DNA of 64,000 bases, from positions 10,816,001 through 10,880,000 of the forward strand of contig CP068257.2 of assembly GCA_009914755.4 (NCBI GenBank), read 5' to 3'. Numbering within the stretch: the stretch's first letter is position 1; the number at the start of each line of letters is the position of its first letter. The position numbers were made by a program, and so were the translations under genes. Below are positions 1 to 15,000 of the stretch, piece after piece. This DNA comes from the human T2T-CHM13v2.0 reference genome, Homo sapiens. Under the pieces are notes generated by a model, which worked only from the letters and a program-made list of their open reading frames with translations, did not search any database and was not told where the DNA came from.

Positions 1-730
1 TATTTATATATAATATATAAAACATATATAACATATATCATATGATATATATTATATACCATATATATTATGTATCATATGTTGTATATTATATATCATG
101 TATTGTATATCATATATATCATCTGGTGTTTTATATATATCATATACCATATATTGTATATATTATATATAATATATGGTGTATATTAGATATAATATAT
201 GATATACATTATATTATATTAAATAATACATTAAATATAACTCATATATTATATATAACATATATAGTATATAACATATATAATATATAACATATAGTAT
301 ATATAATATGTAACATAGCTTATATATAATATATAACATATACATATTATATATTTAATATATGTATTATACATATAAATTATTATATATATAATATATA
401 ATGCATATTATATATATGTCAAAATATATATGTCGTATTGTATATAATTATATGCTGTTATATATTATTATGTATCATATATGTTACATATATAATATAT
501 ATAATGTATGTTATATACTTAATACGTTTATTATACTTGTAATATTTATGTGATATATAATATATATCTCATAAAATATATATTATATGTCATTGTAGAT
601 ATATAATGTATTTTATCAATTATATTACATATAATATATATAATAGATGCAGGATGTAAAACAAAATTATATGTATTTTATAAATATGTATATTATACTA
701 TATATTAAGTATACTATATTTATATATATG
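1..730. repeat. AT-rich low-complexity / degenerate TA-type simple-repeat block
   Basis: Seen directly: almost only A/T with occasional C/G ('tatatataatatataaaacatatataacatatatcatatg...'). Imperfect TA, TATATAA and CATATA motifs, no 42-bp periodicity, no HSat1 anchor 'ctgtacataaaatatcaaagtaccc'. Ends at 'tatatatatg|tgggtgccct' (about 730). Confidence 0.8.
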
Positions 731-1293
731 TGGGTGCCCTATTTCCCATCTCATAACTTATTTTAAGAAGCACAGCATAATAATGTGTGGGCTTGGGATT
801 CAGTTTTTAAAACAAAACACTGAGCCTTCAATGACCTTTCGGTCTAGGTAAAAGCACTCCTGTCTTCCTGGCAGCAGTTGGACCTCACAATGTGGATTGT
901 TACCTCACCCTGCAAAGTTGATGCCCTATCGCCATGGTGACGAGATTAGGGATCTCCTGCTCTTGGTCCTAAGGGCCACTGCCTGTGCTGTGTTTTTCAA
1001 AGGTCAGAACAGATTGAACCTTTGTGGTTTTATTTTCCCTCATTTTGATTTTTCTCATGGGGAACCTATGTTGCTGCATTGAAGGTATATTCATACTGGC
1101 CTTTCAAATGCGAACTCTTCAAATTACTACTTAATGCTTTCAAAATATGTTATTTAGAAAATTATCCTCTGTATTTTCCATATGCAGTTATAAATATGTT
1201 TCATGGTTATGTTTTATTCCTCAGTTTAAATATTTGATTATTGTACCAAGCAGAGAACATTTGAAATTTTTTTTCATTTAGAAAATATGTATC
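731..1293. other. Unique-sequence island (unidentified; possibly an ancient interspersed-repeat fragment) between AT-rich blocks
   Basis: About 40% GC, non-periodic, retains several CpGs ('tcgccatggtgacgag', 'ttcggtctagg', 'tgcgaactc'). Contains the 61-aa ORF 897..1082, which I do not regard as coding. I cannot assign it to a known repeat family by eye. Confidence 0.4.
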
Positions 1294-1586
1294 TTGGCTC
1301 AGGCCTGTAATCCCAGCACTTTTGGAGGCCAAGGCAAGAGGATCACAAGGTGAGGAGATCAAGACCATCCTGGCCAATACAGTGAAACGCTGTCACTATT
1401 AAAAATCCAAAAAATTAGCTAGGCATGGTGGCAGCTGGTGTAGTACCAGTGCGGTGTAGTCCCAGCTACCAGGGAGGCTGAGGTAGGACAATCGCTTGAA
1501 CACGTGAGGCACATGTTGCAGTGAGCAAAGATGGCGCCATTGTACTCCAGCCTGTGCAACAAAACAAGATGCTGTCTAAAAAAAAA
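1294..1586 (+). mobile_element. Alu SINE, plus orientation, lacking its first ~10 bp, CpG-decayed, with poly(A) tail at 1578-1586
   Basis: Seen: 'tggctcaggcctgtaatcccagcacttttggaggccaaggcaagaggatcacaaggtgaggagatcaagaccatcctggccaatacagtgaaac...aaaaattagctaggcatggtggc...gtcccagctaccagggaggctgaggtaggacaatcgcttgaac...gcagtgagcaaagatggcgccattgtactccagcctg...tctaaaaaaaaa'. This matches the dimeric Alu consensus (left monomer, A-rich linker, right monomer, A-tail). Most consensus CpGs are mutated to CA/TG. There is a short internal duplication 'ggtgtagtaccagtgcggtgtagtcccag'. Subfamily not assigned. Confidence 0.9.
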
Positions 1587-2132
1587 TTATATATGACATA
1601 TACCATATATTATATAATATGCTTTACATGTAATATATAATGTCATATATATTATATGTCATAATATGTAATATTTATCATGTCATATTATATATATATT
1701 ATATATGTTATGTAATATATATTATATAATACATATACATTATATATATTATAGATGAAAATATATAGTTATATATAATGTAATATAAAGTTATATATAA
1801 TAAAATGTATAACATGTCTAATATGCCATATGATATATAATATATATATTTTGTTACATATTTTAATTTATATATAATAAAATATATATAATTGTATAAT
1901 TATATGTAATATAAATAAATATATAATCATATAATTATATATATAATACAAATAATTATGTATATAATTATATCATTATGTAGTTATATGTATAATTATA
2001 TAAGTGTCATTATATATAATATAGTATATAACATATAAAATATATAATATATAATATATAATGTACAATATATGATACATATGTATATTTAATATATCAT
2101 AATATAATTTATATGTTAATATTTGATATTAT
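1587..2132. repeat. AT-rich low-complexity block (degenerate ATATATAAT/GTCATAT-type)
   Basis: Seen: immediately after the Alu A-tail the sequence returns to nearly pure A/T ('ttatatatgacatataccatatattatataatatgc...'). No 42-bp monomer anchor appears until 'tgctcccaaactatataacatatactgtacataaaatatcaaag' at about 2133. Confidence 0.8.
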
Positions 2133-5100
2133 GCTCCCAAACTATATAACATATACTGTACATAAAATATCAAAGTTTGCAAACTATTCCATACTGTACA
2201 TAAAATATCAAAGTACCGAATCTATATATTATATACTGTACATAAAATATCAAGGTACCGAAAATATATATTAGTGTACATAAAATATAAAAGTACACCA
2301 AATATATATTCTATGCTGTACATAAAATATCAAAGTACCCCAAATATATATTCTATATTGTAAATAAAATATCAAAGTACACAAACATGTATTATCTACT
2401 GTACATAACATATCAAAGTACCCAAACTATATATTATATACTGTACACAAAATATCAAATTACACCAAATATATATTCTATACTGTACAAAAAATATCAA
2501 AGTACACCAAATATATATTCTGTACTGTACATAAAATATCAGACTACCCAAACATATATACTGTACTTAATATATCAAAGTACCCAAACTGTATATTTCA
2601 TACTGTACATAAAATATCAAGGTACCCAAAGTATATATTATATACTGTTCATAAAATATCAAAGTACCCATAGTATATATTATAAACTGTACATAAATAT
2701 CAGAGTACCTAAGTTATATATTATATAGTGTAAAAAAAATTCAAAGTACCCAAACTATATATTATGTACTGTACATAATATATCAAAGTAACCAAACTAT
2801 ATATTATATACTATACATAAAATATCAAAGTACCCAAACTGTATATTATATGCTGCACATAAAATATCAAAGTACGCAAAGTATATATTATATACTGTAC
2901 ATAAAATATCAAAGTACCCAAACATTCATTATAAACTCTACATGAAATATCAGGGTAAGCAAACTATATATTATATACTGTACGTAAAATATCAAAGTAC
3001 CCAATGTATATATTATATACTGTATATAAAATATCAAAGTACCCAAAGTATGTGTTATACACTGTACATAAAATATCAAAGTACCCAAACATATATACTG
3101 TACATAAAATATCAAAGTACTCATAGAATATATTATAAACTGTATATAAAATATCAAAGTACCCAAACTATACGTTATATAATGTACATAAAATATCAAA
3201 GTACATCAAATATAGATTATATACTGTACATAAGATATCAAAGTGCCGAATCTATATATTATGTACTGTACATAAAATATCAAAGTACACAAATATATAC
3301 TGTACATAAAATATGAAAGTAACCATTTATAATAAACTGTACATAAAATATCAAAGTACTCAAACTACGTATTATATACAGTACATAAAATATCAAAGTA
3401 CCCAAACTGTATATTATATACTGTACATAAAACATCAAAGTACCCAAACTATATATTATATATTGTACATAAAATATCAAAGAACCCTAACTATATATTA
3501 TATACTGTACATAAAATAAGAAAGTGCATCAAATATATATTATATTCTGTACATAAAATATCAAAGTACACCAAATATATATTCTATACTGTAAATAAAA
3601 TATCAAAGTACCCCAAAAATTTATTATATACTCTACATAACTTATCAAAGTTTGCAAACTATATATTATATACTGTACATAAAATATCAAAGTACCCAAA
3701 GTATATATTGTATAGTGTACATCAAATATGAAAGTTCATCAAATACATATTTTATTCTGTACTTAAAATATCAAAGTACACCAAATATATATTCTATACT
3801 GTACTTAAAATATCAAAGTACACAAACAGGTATTATATACTGAACATAAAATATCAAAGTACCCATACAATATATTATAAACTGTACATAAAATATCAAA
3901 GTACCCAAACTATACATTATATAATGTACATAAAATATCAAAGTACATCAAATATATATTATATACTGTCCATAAAATATCAAAGTGCCGAATCTATATA
4001 TTATATACTGTACATAAAATATCAAAGTACACCAAATATATATTCTATACTGCACATAGAATATCAAAGTACACCAAATATATATTCTGTACTGTACATA
4101 AAATATCAACTACCCAAACATATATACTGTACATAATATATCAAAGTACCCAAACTATATATTTTATACTGTACATAAAATATCAAGGTACTCAAAGAAC
4201 ACATTATATACTGTACATAAAATATGAAATTATATCAAATATATATTATATTAGGTACATAAAATATGAAAGTACATCAAATATAGATTATATACTGTAC
4301 ATAAAATATCAAAGTAACGCAAATATATATTATATACTGTACATGAAATATCAAAGTACACAAACTATTATATACTGTATATAAAATATCAAAATACCCA
4401 CAGTATATATTATGTACTGTACATGACATATCAAAGTAACCAAACTATATATGATACACTGTACATAAAATATCAAGGTACCCAAAGTATATATTATATA
4501 CTGTTCATAAAATATCAAAGAAAGTACATATTATAAACTGTACATAAATATCAAAGTACCGAAGTTATATTATATATTGTAAAAAATATCAAAGTTCCCA
4601 CACTATATATTATGTACTGTACATAACATATCAAAGTAACCAAACTATATATTATATACTGTACATAAAATATCAAAGTACCCAAACTATATATTATATA
4701 CTGTAGATAAAATATCAAAGTACCCAAACTATATATTATATACTGTACATAAAATATCAAAGTACCCAAAGTAGATATTATATACTGTACATAATATATC
4801 AAAGTACCCAAACATTTATTATAAACTCTACATGAAATATCAGGGTAACAAAACTATATATTATATACTGTACATAAAATATCAAAGCACACAAAGTATA
4901 TATTATATACTGCACTTAAAATATCAAAGTACCCAATCTATGTGTTATATACTGTACATAAAATATCAACGTACCCAAACATATATTGTATACCGTAAAT
5001 AAAATTTCAAAGTACTCATATAATATATTATAAACTGTATATAAAATATCAAAGTCCCCAAACTACACGTTATATAAAGTACATAAAATATCAAAGTACA

Positions 5101-6000
5101 TCAAATATAGCTTATATACTGTACATAAAATATCAAAGTGCCGAATCTATATATTATATACTGTACAAAATATATCAAAGTACACAAACTATTATGTACT
5201 GTACATATAATATCAAAGTACACCAAATATATATTCTATACTGTACAAAAAATATCAAACTACACGAAATATATATTCTATACTGTACATAAAATATCAA
5301 AGTACACCAAATATATATTCTATACTGTACATAAAATATGAAAGTACCCAAACAGGTATTATATACTGTACATAAAATATCAAATTACACAAACTATACA
5401 TTATATACTGTACATAAAATATCAAAGTACCCAAACTATATATTATATACTGTACATAAAATATCAAAGTATCCAAACTATATATTATATACTGTACATA
5501 AACTATGAAAGTGCATCAAATATATATTATATTATGAACATAAAATATCAAAGTACCTCAAATAAATGTTATATACTCTACATAAAATATCAAAGTTCGC
5601 AAACTATATATTATATACTGTACATAAAGTATCAAAGTACCCAAAATATATATTATGTACTGTACATAAAATATGAAGGTACATCAAATATATATTATAT
5701 TCTGTACATAAAATATCAAAGTACACCAAAATATATACTGTACATAAAATATCAAATTACACCAAATATATATTATATACTGTACATAAAATATAAGATT
5801 ACCCAAAGTATGTATTATATACTGTACATAAAATATCAAAGTACCCAAAATATGTATAATATACTGTACATAAATTATGAAAGTACCCAAACTTTTATAA
5901 TAAACTGTACATAAAATAATAAAGTACTCAAACTATATATTCTATACAGTACATAAAATATCAAAGTACCCAAACTGTATATTATATATTGTACATAAAA
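2133..6000 (+). repeat. Array-edge zone of diverged HSat1 monomers without clear higher-order periodicity
   Basis: Seen: monomers here carry many private substitutions ('caaagtttgcaaactattccatactg', 'caaagtaccgaatctatatattatatactg', 'tcagactacccaaacatatatactg'). ORF-track peptides in 2.4-5.9 kb do not recur at fixed kb-scale offsets, unlike downstream. Boundaries are approximate. Confidence 0.45.
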
Positions 6001-9000
6001 TATCAAAGTATCCAAAATATATATTATGTACTGTACATAAAATATGAAGGTACATCAAATATATATTATATTCTGTACATAAAATATGAAAGTACTCCAA
6101 AATATATTATATACTGTACATAATATATTAAAGTCGCCCAAATATATATTATATACTGTACATAATAAAGGTCTCCCAAATATATATTATATACTGTACA
6201 TAAAATATGAAGTTACATCAAATATATTTTATATTCTGTACATAAAATCTGAAAGTACACCAAATATATATTATATGCTGCACATAAAATATCAAAGTAC
6301 CCAAAGAATGTATTATATACTGTACATAAAATATCAAAGTACCCAAAATATGTATAATATACTGTACATAAATTATGAAAGTACCCAAACATTTATAATA
6401 AACTGTACATAAAATAACAAACTACCCAAACTGCATATTATATACTGTACATAAAATATCAAAGTACCCAAATTGTATATTATATGGTACACATGAAATA
6501 TCAAAGTACCCAAATATATATTATATGCTGTACATAAAATATTAAAGTACACCAAAATATATACTGTACATAAAATATCAAATTACCCAAAGTATGTATT
6601 ACATTCTGTACATAAAATATCAAAGTACCCAAAATATGTATAATATACTGTACATAAATTATGAAAGTACCCAAACATTTGTAATAAACTGTACATAAAA
6701 TAACAAAGTACTCAAACTATATATTATATACTGTACATAAAATATCAAAGTACTCAAACTGTATATTATATACTGTACATAAAATACCAAAGTACCCAAA
6801 ATATATATTATATACTGTACATAAAATATGAAAGTACCCAAAGTATGTATTATATACTGTACATAAAATATCAAATTACACCAAATATATATTATATACT
6901 GTACATAAAATATCAAAGTACCCAAAATATGTATAATATACCGTACATAAATTATGAAAGTACACAAACATTTATAATAAACTGTACATAAAATAACAAA
7001 GTACTCAAACTACATATTGCATACTATACATAAAATATCAAAGTACCCAAACTGTATATTATATACTGTACACAAAATATCAAAGAACCAAAAGTAAATA
7101 TTATATAATGTACATAAATTATCAAAGTACCCAAAGTATATATTATATACTGTACATAAAATATGAAGGTACATCAAATATATATTATATTCTGTACATA
7201 AAATATCAAAGTACACCAAATATATATTATATACTGTACATAAAATATCAAAGTACCCAAAATATGTATAATATACTGTATATAAATTATGAAAGTACCC
7301 AAATATTTATAATAAACTGTACATAAAATAACAAAGTACTCAAACTGTATATTATATACTGTACATAAAATATCAAAGTACCCAAAATATTTATTATATA
7401 CTGTACATAAAATATCAAAGTACCCAAAGTATGTATTATATACTGTACATAAAATATCAAATTACACCAAATATATATTATATACTGTACATAAAATATC
7501 AAAGTACCGAAAGTACGTATTATATACTGTACATAAATTATGAAAGTACACATTTATAATAAACTGTACATAAAATAACAAAGTACACAAACTATATATT
7601 ATATACTGTACATAAAATATCAAAGTACCTAAACTGTATATTATATACTGTACATAAAATATCAAAGTACCGAAAATATATATGTACTGTACAAAAAATA
7701 TGAAGGTACATCAAATATATATTATATTCTGTACATAAAATATCAAAGTACATCAAAATACAGTATATACTGTACATAATATATTAAAGTGGCCCAAATA
7801 TATATTATATACTGTACATAATATATTAAGGTCTCCCAAATATATATTATATACTGTATATAAAATATGAAGGTACATAAAATATATATTATATTCTGTA
7901 CATAAAATCCGAAAGTACACCAAATATATGTTATATGCTGCACATAAAATATCAAAGTACCCAAAGTATGTATTATATACTGTACATAAAATATCAAAGT
8001 ACCCAAAATATGTATAATATACTGTACATAAATTATGAAAGTACCCAAACATTTATAATAAACTGTACATAAAATAACAACGTACTCAAACTATATATCC
8101 TATACAGTACATAAAATATCAAAGTACCCAAACTGTATATTATATACTGTACATAAAATATCAAATTACCCAAAATATATATTATGTACTGTACATAAAA
8201 TATGAAGGTACATCAAATATATATTATATTCTGTACATAAAATATCAAAGTACACCAAAATATATTATATACTGTACATAATATATTAAAGTCGCACATA
8301 TATATATTATATACTGTACATAATATATTAAGGTCGCCCAAATATATATTATATACTGTACATAAAATAAGAAGGTACATCAAATATATTTTATATTCTG
8401 TACATAAAATCTAAAAGTACACCAAATATGTTATATGCTGCACATAAAATATCAAAGTACCCAAAGTATGTATTATATACTGTACATAAAATACAAAAGT
8501 ACCCAAAATATGTATAATATTCTGTACATAAATTATGAAAGTACTGAAACATTTATAATAAACTGTACATAAAATAACAAACTAACCAAACTGTATATTA
8601 TACACTGTACATAAAATATCAAAGTACCCAAACTGTATATTATACGCTGTACATAAAATATCAAAGTACCCAAAGTATATATAATATACTGTACATAAAA
8701 TATCAAAGTACCCAAAGTATATATTATATACCGTACATGAAATATGAAGGTACATCAAATATATATATTATTCTGTACATAAAATATCACATTACACCAT
8801 ATATATATTATATACTGTACATAAAATATCAAAGTACCCAAAATATGTATAATATACTGTATATAAATTATGAAAGTACCCAAACATTTATACTAAACTG
8901 TACATAAAATAACAAAGTACTCAAACTATATATTATATACTGTACATAAAATATCAAAGTACTCCAACTGTATATTTTATACTGTACATAAAATATCAAA

Positions 9001-12000
9001 GTACCCAAAATATATATTATATACTGTATACAAAATATCAAAGTACCCAAAGTATGTATTATATACTGTACATAAAATATCAAATTACACCAAATATATA
9101 TTATATAGTGTACATAAAATATCAAAGTACCCGAAATATGTATAATATACTGTACATAAATTATGAAAGTACACAAACTTTTATAATAAACTGTACATAA
9201 AATAACAAAGTACCGAAACTATATATTATATACTGTACATAAAATATCCAAATACTCAAAATATATATTACATGCTGTACATAAAATATCAAAGTACCCA
9301 AAGTATGTATTATACACTGTACATAAAATATCAAAGTACCCAAAATATGTATAATATACTGTACATAAATTATGAAAGTACCCAAACATTTATAATAAAC
9401 TGTACATAAAATAACGTACTCAAACTATATATTCTATACAGTACATAAAATATCAAAGTACCCAAAATGTATATTATATACTGTACATAAAATATCAAAT
9501 TACCCAAAATATATATTATGTACTGTACATAAAATATGAAGGTACATCAAATATATATTATTTTCTGTACATAAAATATCAAAGTACACCAAAATATATT
9601 ATATACTGTACATAATATATTAAAGTCGCCTAAATATATATTATATACTGTACATAATATATTAAGGTTGCCGAAATATATATTATATACTGTAGATAAA
9701 ATAAGAAGGTACATCAAATATATTTTATATTCTGTACATAAAATCTGAAAGTACACCAAATATATGTTATATGCTGCACATAAAATATCAAAGTACCCAA
9801 AGTATGTATTATATACTGTACATAAAATACCAAAGTACCCAAAATATGTATAATATACTGTACATAAATTATGAAAGTACCCAAACATTTATAATAAACT
9901 GCACATAAAATAACAATGTACTCAAACTATATATTCTATACAGTACATAAAATATCAAAGTACCCAAACGTTATATTATATACTGTACATAAAATATCAA
10001 ATTACCCAAAATATATATTCTGTACTGTACATAAAATATGAAGGTACAACAAATATATATTATTTTCTGTACATAAAATATCAAAGTACACCAAAATATA
10101 TTATATACTGTACATAATATATTAAAGTCTCACAAATATATATTATATACTGTACATAATATATTAAGGTCGCCCAAATATATATTATATACTGTACATA
10201 AAATAAGAAGGTACATCAAATATATTTTCTGTACATAAAATCTGAAAGTACACCAAATATATGTTATATGCTGCACAGAAAATATCAAAGTACCCAAAGT
10301 ATGTATTATATACTGTACATAAAATACCAAAGTACCCAAAATATGTATAATATACTGTACATAAATTATGAAATTACCCAAACATTTATAATAAACTGTA
10401 CATAAAATAAACTACCCCAACTGTATATTATACACTGTACATAAAATATCAAAGTACCCAAACTGTATATTATACGCTGCACATAAAATATCAAAGTACC
10501 CAAAGTATATATAATATACTGTACATAAAATATCAAAGTACCCAAAGTATATATTATATACTGTACATAAAATATGAAGGTACATCAAATATATATATTA
10601 TTCTGTACATAAAATATCACATTACACCATATATATATTATATACTCTACATAAAATATCAAAGTACGCAAAATATATATAATATACTGTATGTAAATTA
10701 TGAAAGTACCCAAACATTTATAATAAACTGTACATAAAATAAAAAAGTACTCAAACTATATATTATATACTGTACATAAAATATCAAAGTATTCAAACTG
10801 TATATTATATACTGTACATAAAATATTAAAGTACCCAAAATATATATTATATTCTGTACATAAAATATCAAAGTACCCAAAGTATGTATTATATATTGTA
10901 CATAAAATATCAAACTATGCCAAATATATATTATATACTGTACATAAAATATCAAATTACCCAAAGTATGTATTTTATACTGTACATAAAATATCAAACT
11001 ACCCAAATTATGTATTATATACTGTACATAAAATATCAAATTACACCAAATATATATTATATACTGTACATAAAATATCAAAGTACCCAAAATATGTATA
11101 ATATAGTGTACATAAATTATGAAAGTACCCAAACATTTATAATAAACTGTTCATAAAATAACAAAGTACCCAAACTATATATTATATACTGTACATAAAA
11201 TATCAAAGTACCCAAACTGTATATTATATACTGTACACAAAATATCAAAGTACCGAAAATATATATTATGTACTATACATAAAATATGAGGGTATGTCAA
11301 ATATATATTATATTCTGTACATAAAATATCAAAGTACACCAAAATATATACTGTATATAATATATAAAAGTCACCCTACTATATACTGTACATAATATAA
11401 GGTCTCCCAACTATATATTATATACTGTACATAAAATATGAAGGTACATAAAATATATATTATATTCTGTACATAAAATCTGAAAGTACACCAAATATAT
11501 GTTATATGCCGCACATAAAATATCAAAGTACCCAAAGTATGTATTATATACTGTACATAAAATATCAAAGTACCCAATATATGTATAATATACTGTACAT
11601 AAATTATGAAAGTACCCAAGCATTTATAATAAACTGTACATAAAATAACAAACTACCCAAACTGTACATTGTATACTGTACATAAAATATCAAAGTACCC
11701 AAACTGTATATTATATGCTGCACATAAAATACCAAAGTATCCAAAATATATATTATATACTGTACATAAAATATCAAAGTACCCAAAGTATGTATTATAT
11801 ACTGTACATAAAATATCAAACTACGCCAAATATATATTATATACTGTATATAAAACATCAAATTACCCAAAGTATGTATTTTATACTGTACATAAAATAT
11901 CAAAGTACCCAAATTATGTATTATATACTGTACCTACAATATCAAATTACACCAAATATATATTATATACTGTACATAAAATATCAATGTACCCAAAATA

Positions 12001-15000
12001 TGTATAATATACTGTACATAAAATATGAAAGTACCCATTTATAATAATCTGTACATAAAATAATAAAGTACCCAAACTATATATTATATACTGTACATAA
12101 AATATCAAAGTACCCAAACTGTATATTATATACTGTACATAAAATATCAAAGTACCGAAAATATATATTATATTCTGTACATAAAATATCAAAGTACACC
12201 AAAATATATACTGTACATAATATATTAAAGTCACCCAAGTATATATTATATACTGTACATAATATATTAAGGTCTCCCAAATATATATTGTATACTGTAC
12301 ATAAAATATGAAGGTACATAAAATATATATTATATTCTGTACATAAAATCCGAAAGTACACCAAATATATGTTATATGCTGCACATAAAATATCAAAGTA
12401 CCCAAAGTATGTATTATATACTGTACATAAAATACCAAAGTACCCAAAATATGTATAATATACTGTACATAAATTATGAAAGTACCCAAACATTTATAAT
12501 AAACTGTACATAAAATAACAATGTACTCAAACTATATATTCTATACAGTACATAAAATATCAAAGTACCCAAACTTCATATTATATACTGTACATAAAAT
12601 ATCAAATTACCCAAAATATATATTATGTACTGTACATAAAATATGAAGGTACATCAAATATATATTATTTTCTGTACATAAAATATCAAAGTGCACCAAA
12701 GTATATTATATACTGTACATAATATATTAAAGTCGCACAAATATATATTATATACTGTACATAAAAGAAGAAGGTACATCAAATATATTTTATATTCTGT
12801 ACATAAAATCTGAAAGTACACCAAATATATGTTATATGCTGCACATAAAATATCAAAGTACCCAAAGTATGTATTATATACTGTACATAAAATACCAAAG
12901 TACCCAAAATATGTATAATATACTGTACATAAATTATGAAATTACCCAAACATTTATAATAAACTGTACATAAAATAACAAACTACCCCAACTGTATATT
13001 ATACACTGTATATAAAATATCAAAGTACCCAAACTGTATATTATACGCTGCACATAAAATATCAAAGTACCCAAAGTATATATAATATACTGTACATAAA
13101 ATATCAAAGTACCCAAGTATATATTATATACTGTACATAAAATATGAAGGTACATCAAATATATATATTATTCTGTACATAAAATATCACATTACACCAT
13201 ATATATATTATATACTGTACATAAAATATCAAAGTACCCAAAATATGTATAATATACTGTATATAAATTATGAAAGTACCCAAACCTTTATAATAAAGTG
13301 TACATAAAATAACAAAGTACTCAAACTATATATTATATACTGTACATAAAGTATCAAAGTACGCAAACTGTATATTATACACTGTACATAAAATATCAAA
13401 GTACCCAAAATATATATTATATACTGTATATAAAATATCAAAGTACCCAAAGTATGTATTATATACTGTACATAAAATATCAAACTATGCCAAATATATA
13501 TTATGTACTGTACATAAAACATCAAATTACCCAAAGTATGTATTTTATACTGTACATAAAATATCAAAGTACCCAAAGTATGTATTATATACTGTACATA
13601 AAATATCAAATTACAACAAATATATATTATATACTGTACATAAAATATCAAAGTACCCAAAATATGTATAATATACTGTACATAAATTATGAAAGTACCC
13701 AAACATTTATAATAAACTGTACATAAAATAACAACGTACTCAATCTATATATTCTATACAGTACAAAAAATATCAAAGTACCCAAACTGTATATTATATA
13801 CTGTACATAAAATATTAAATTACCCAAAATATATATTATGTACTGTACATAAAATATGAAGGTACATCAAATATATATTATATTCTGTACATAAAATATC
13901 AAAGTACACCAAAATATATTATATACTGTACATAATATATTAAACTCACGCAAATATATATTATATACTGTACATAATATATTAAGGTCGCCCAAATATA
14001 TATTATATACTGTACATAAAATATGAAGGAACATCAAATATATTTTTTATTCTGTACATAAAATCAGAAAGTACACCAAATATATGTTATATGCTGCACA
14101 TAAAATATCAAAGTATCCAAAGTATGTATTATATACTGTACATAAAATATCAAAGTACCCAAAATATGTATAATATACTGTACATAAATTATGAAAGTAC
14201 CCAAACATTTATAATAAACTATACATAAAATAACAAACTACCCAAACTGTATATTATACACTGTACATAAAATATCAAAGTACCCAAACTGTATATTATA
14301 TGCTGCACATAAATTATCAAAGTACCCAAAGTATATATAATATACTGTACATAAAATATCAAAGTACCCAAAGTATATATTATATACTGTACATAAAATA
14401 TGAAGGTACATCAAATATATATATTATTCTGTACATAAAATATCACAATACACCAAATATATATTATATACTGTACGTAAAATATCAAAGTACCCAAAAT
14501 ATGTATAATATACTGTATATAAATTGTGAAAGTACCCAAACCTTTATAATAAACTGTACATAAAATAACAAAGTACTCAAACTATATATTATATACTGTA
14601 TATAAAATATCAAAGTACTCAAACTGTATATTATATACTGTACATAAAATATCAAAGTACCCAAAATATATATTATATACTGTACATAAAATATAAAAGT
14701 ACCCAAAGTATGTATTTTATACTGTACATAAGATATCAAACTACGCCAAATATGTATTATATACTGTACATAAAATATCAAATTACCCAAAGTATGTATT
14801 TTATACTGTACATAAAATATCAAAGTACCCAAACTATGTATTATATACCGTATATAAAATATCAAATTACACCAAATATATATTATATACTGTACATAAA
14901 ATATCAAAGTACCCAAAATATGTATAATATACTGTACATAAATTATGAAAGTACCCAAATATTTATAATAAACTGTACATAAAATAACAAAGTACCCAAA

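Noticed and set aside
897-1082. 61-aa ORF in the unique island
   Set aside because: Short, with no recognisable motif, no promoter or splice context, and sitting between simple repeats and an Alu. Most likely a chance ORF.
1280-1600. Target-site duplication flanking the Alu
   Set aside because: The flanks are low-complexity TA-rich sequence in which short direct repeats occur by chance. I could not identify a convincing 7-20-bp duplication, so none is claimed.
1-2132. Whether the TA-rich blocks are highly degenerate HSat1 monomers
   Set aside because: There is no 42-bp periodicity and no 'ctgtacataaaatatcaaagtaccc' anchor. They resemble the B-unit TA core only in composition. They are treated as a separate simple or low-complexity repeat. 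The seeding idea is kept only as a speculation in the findings.
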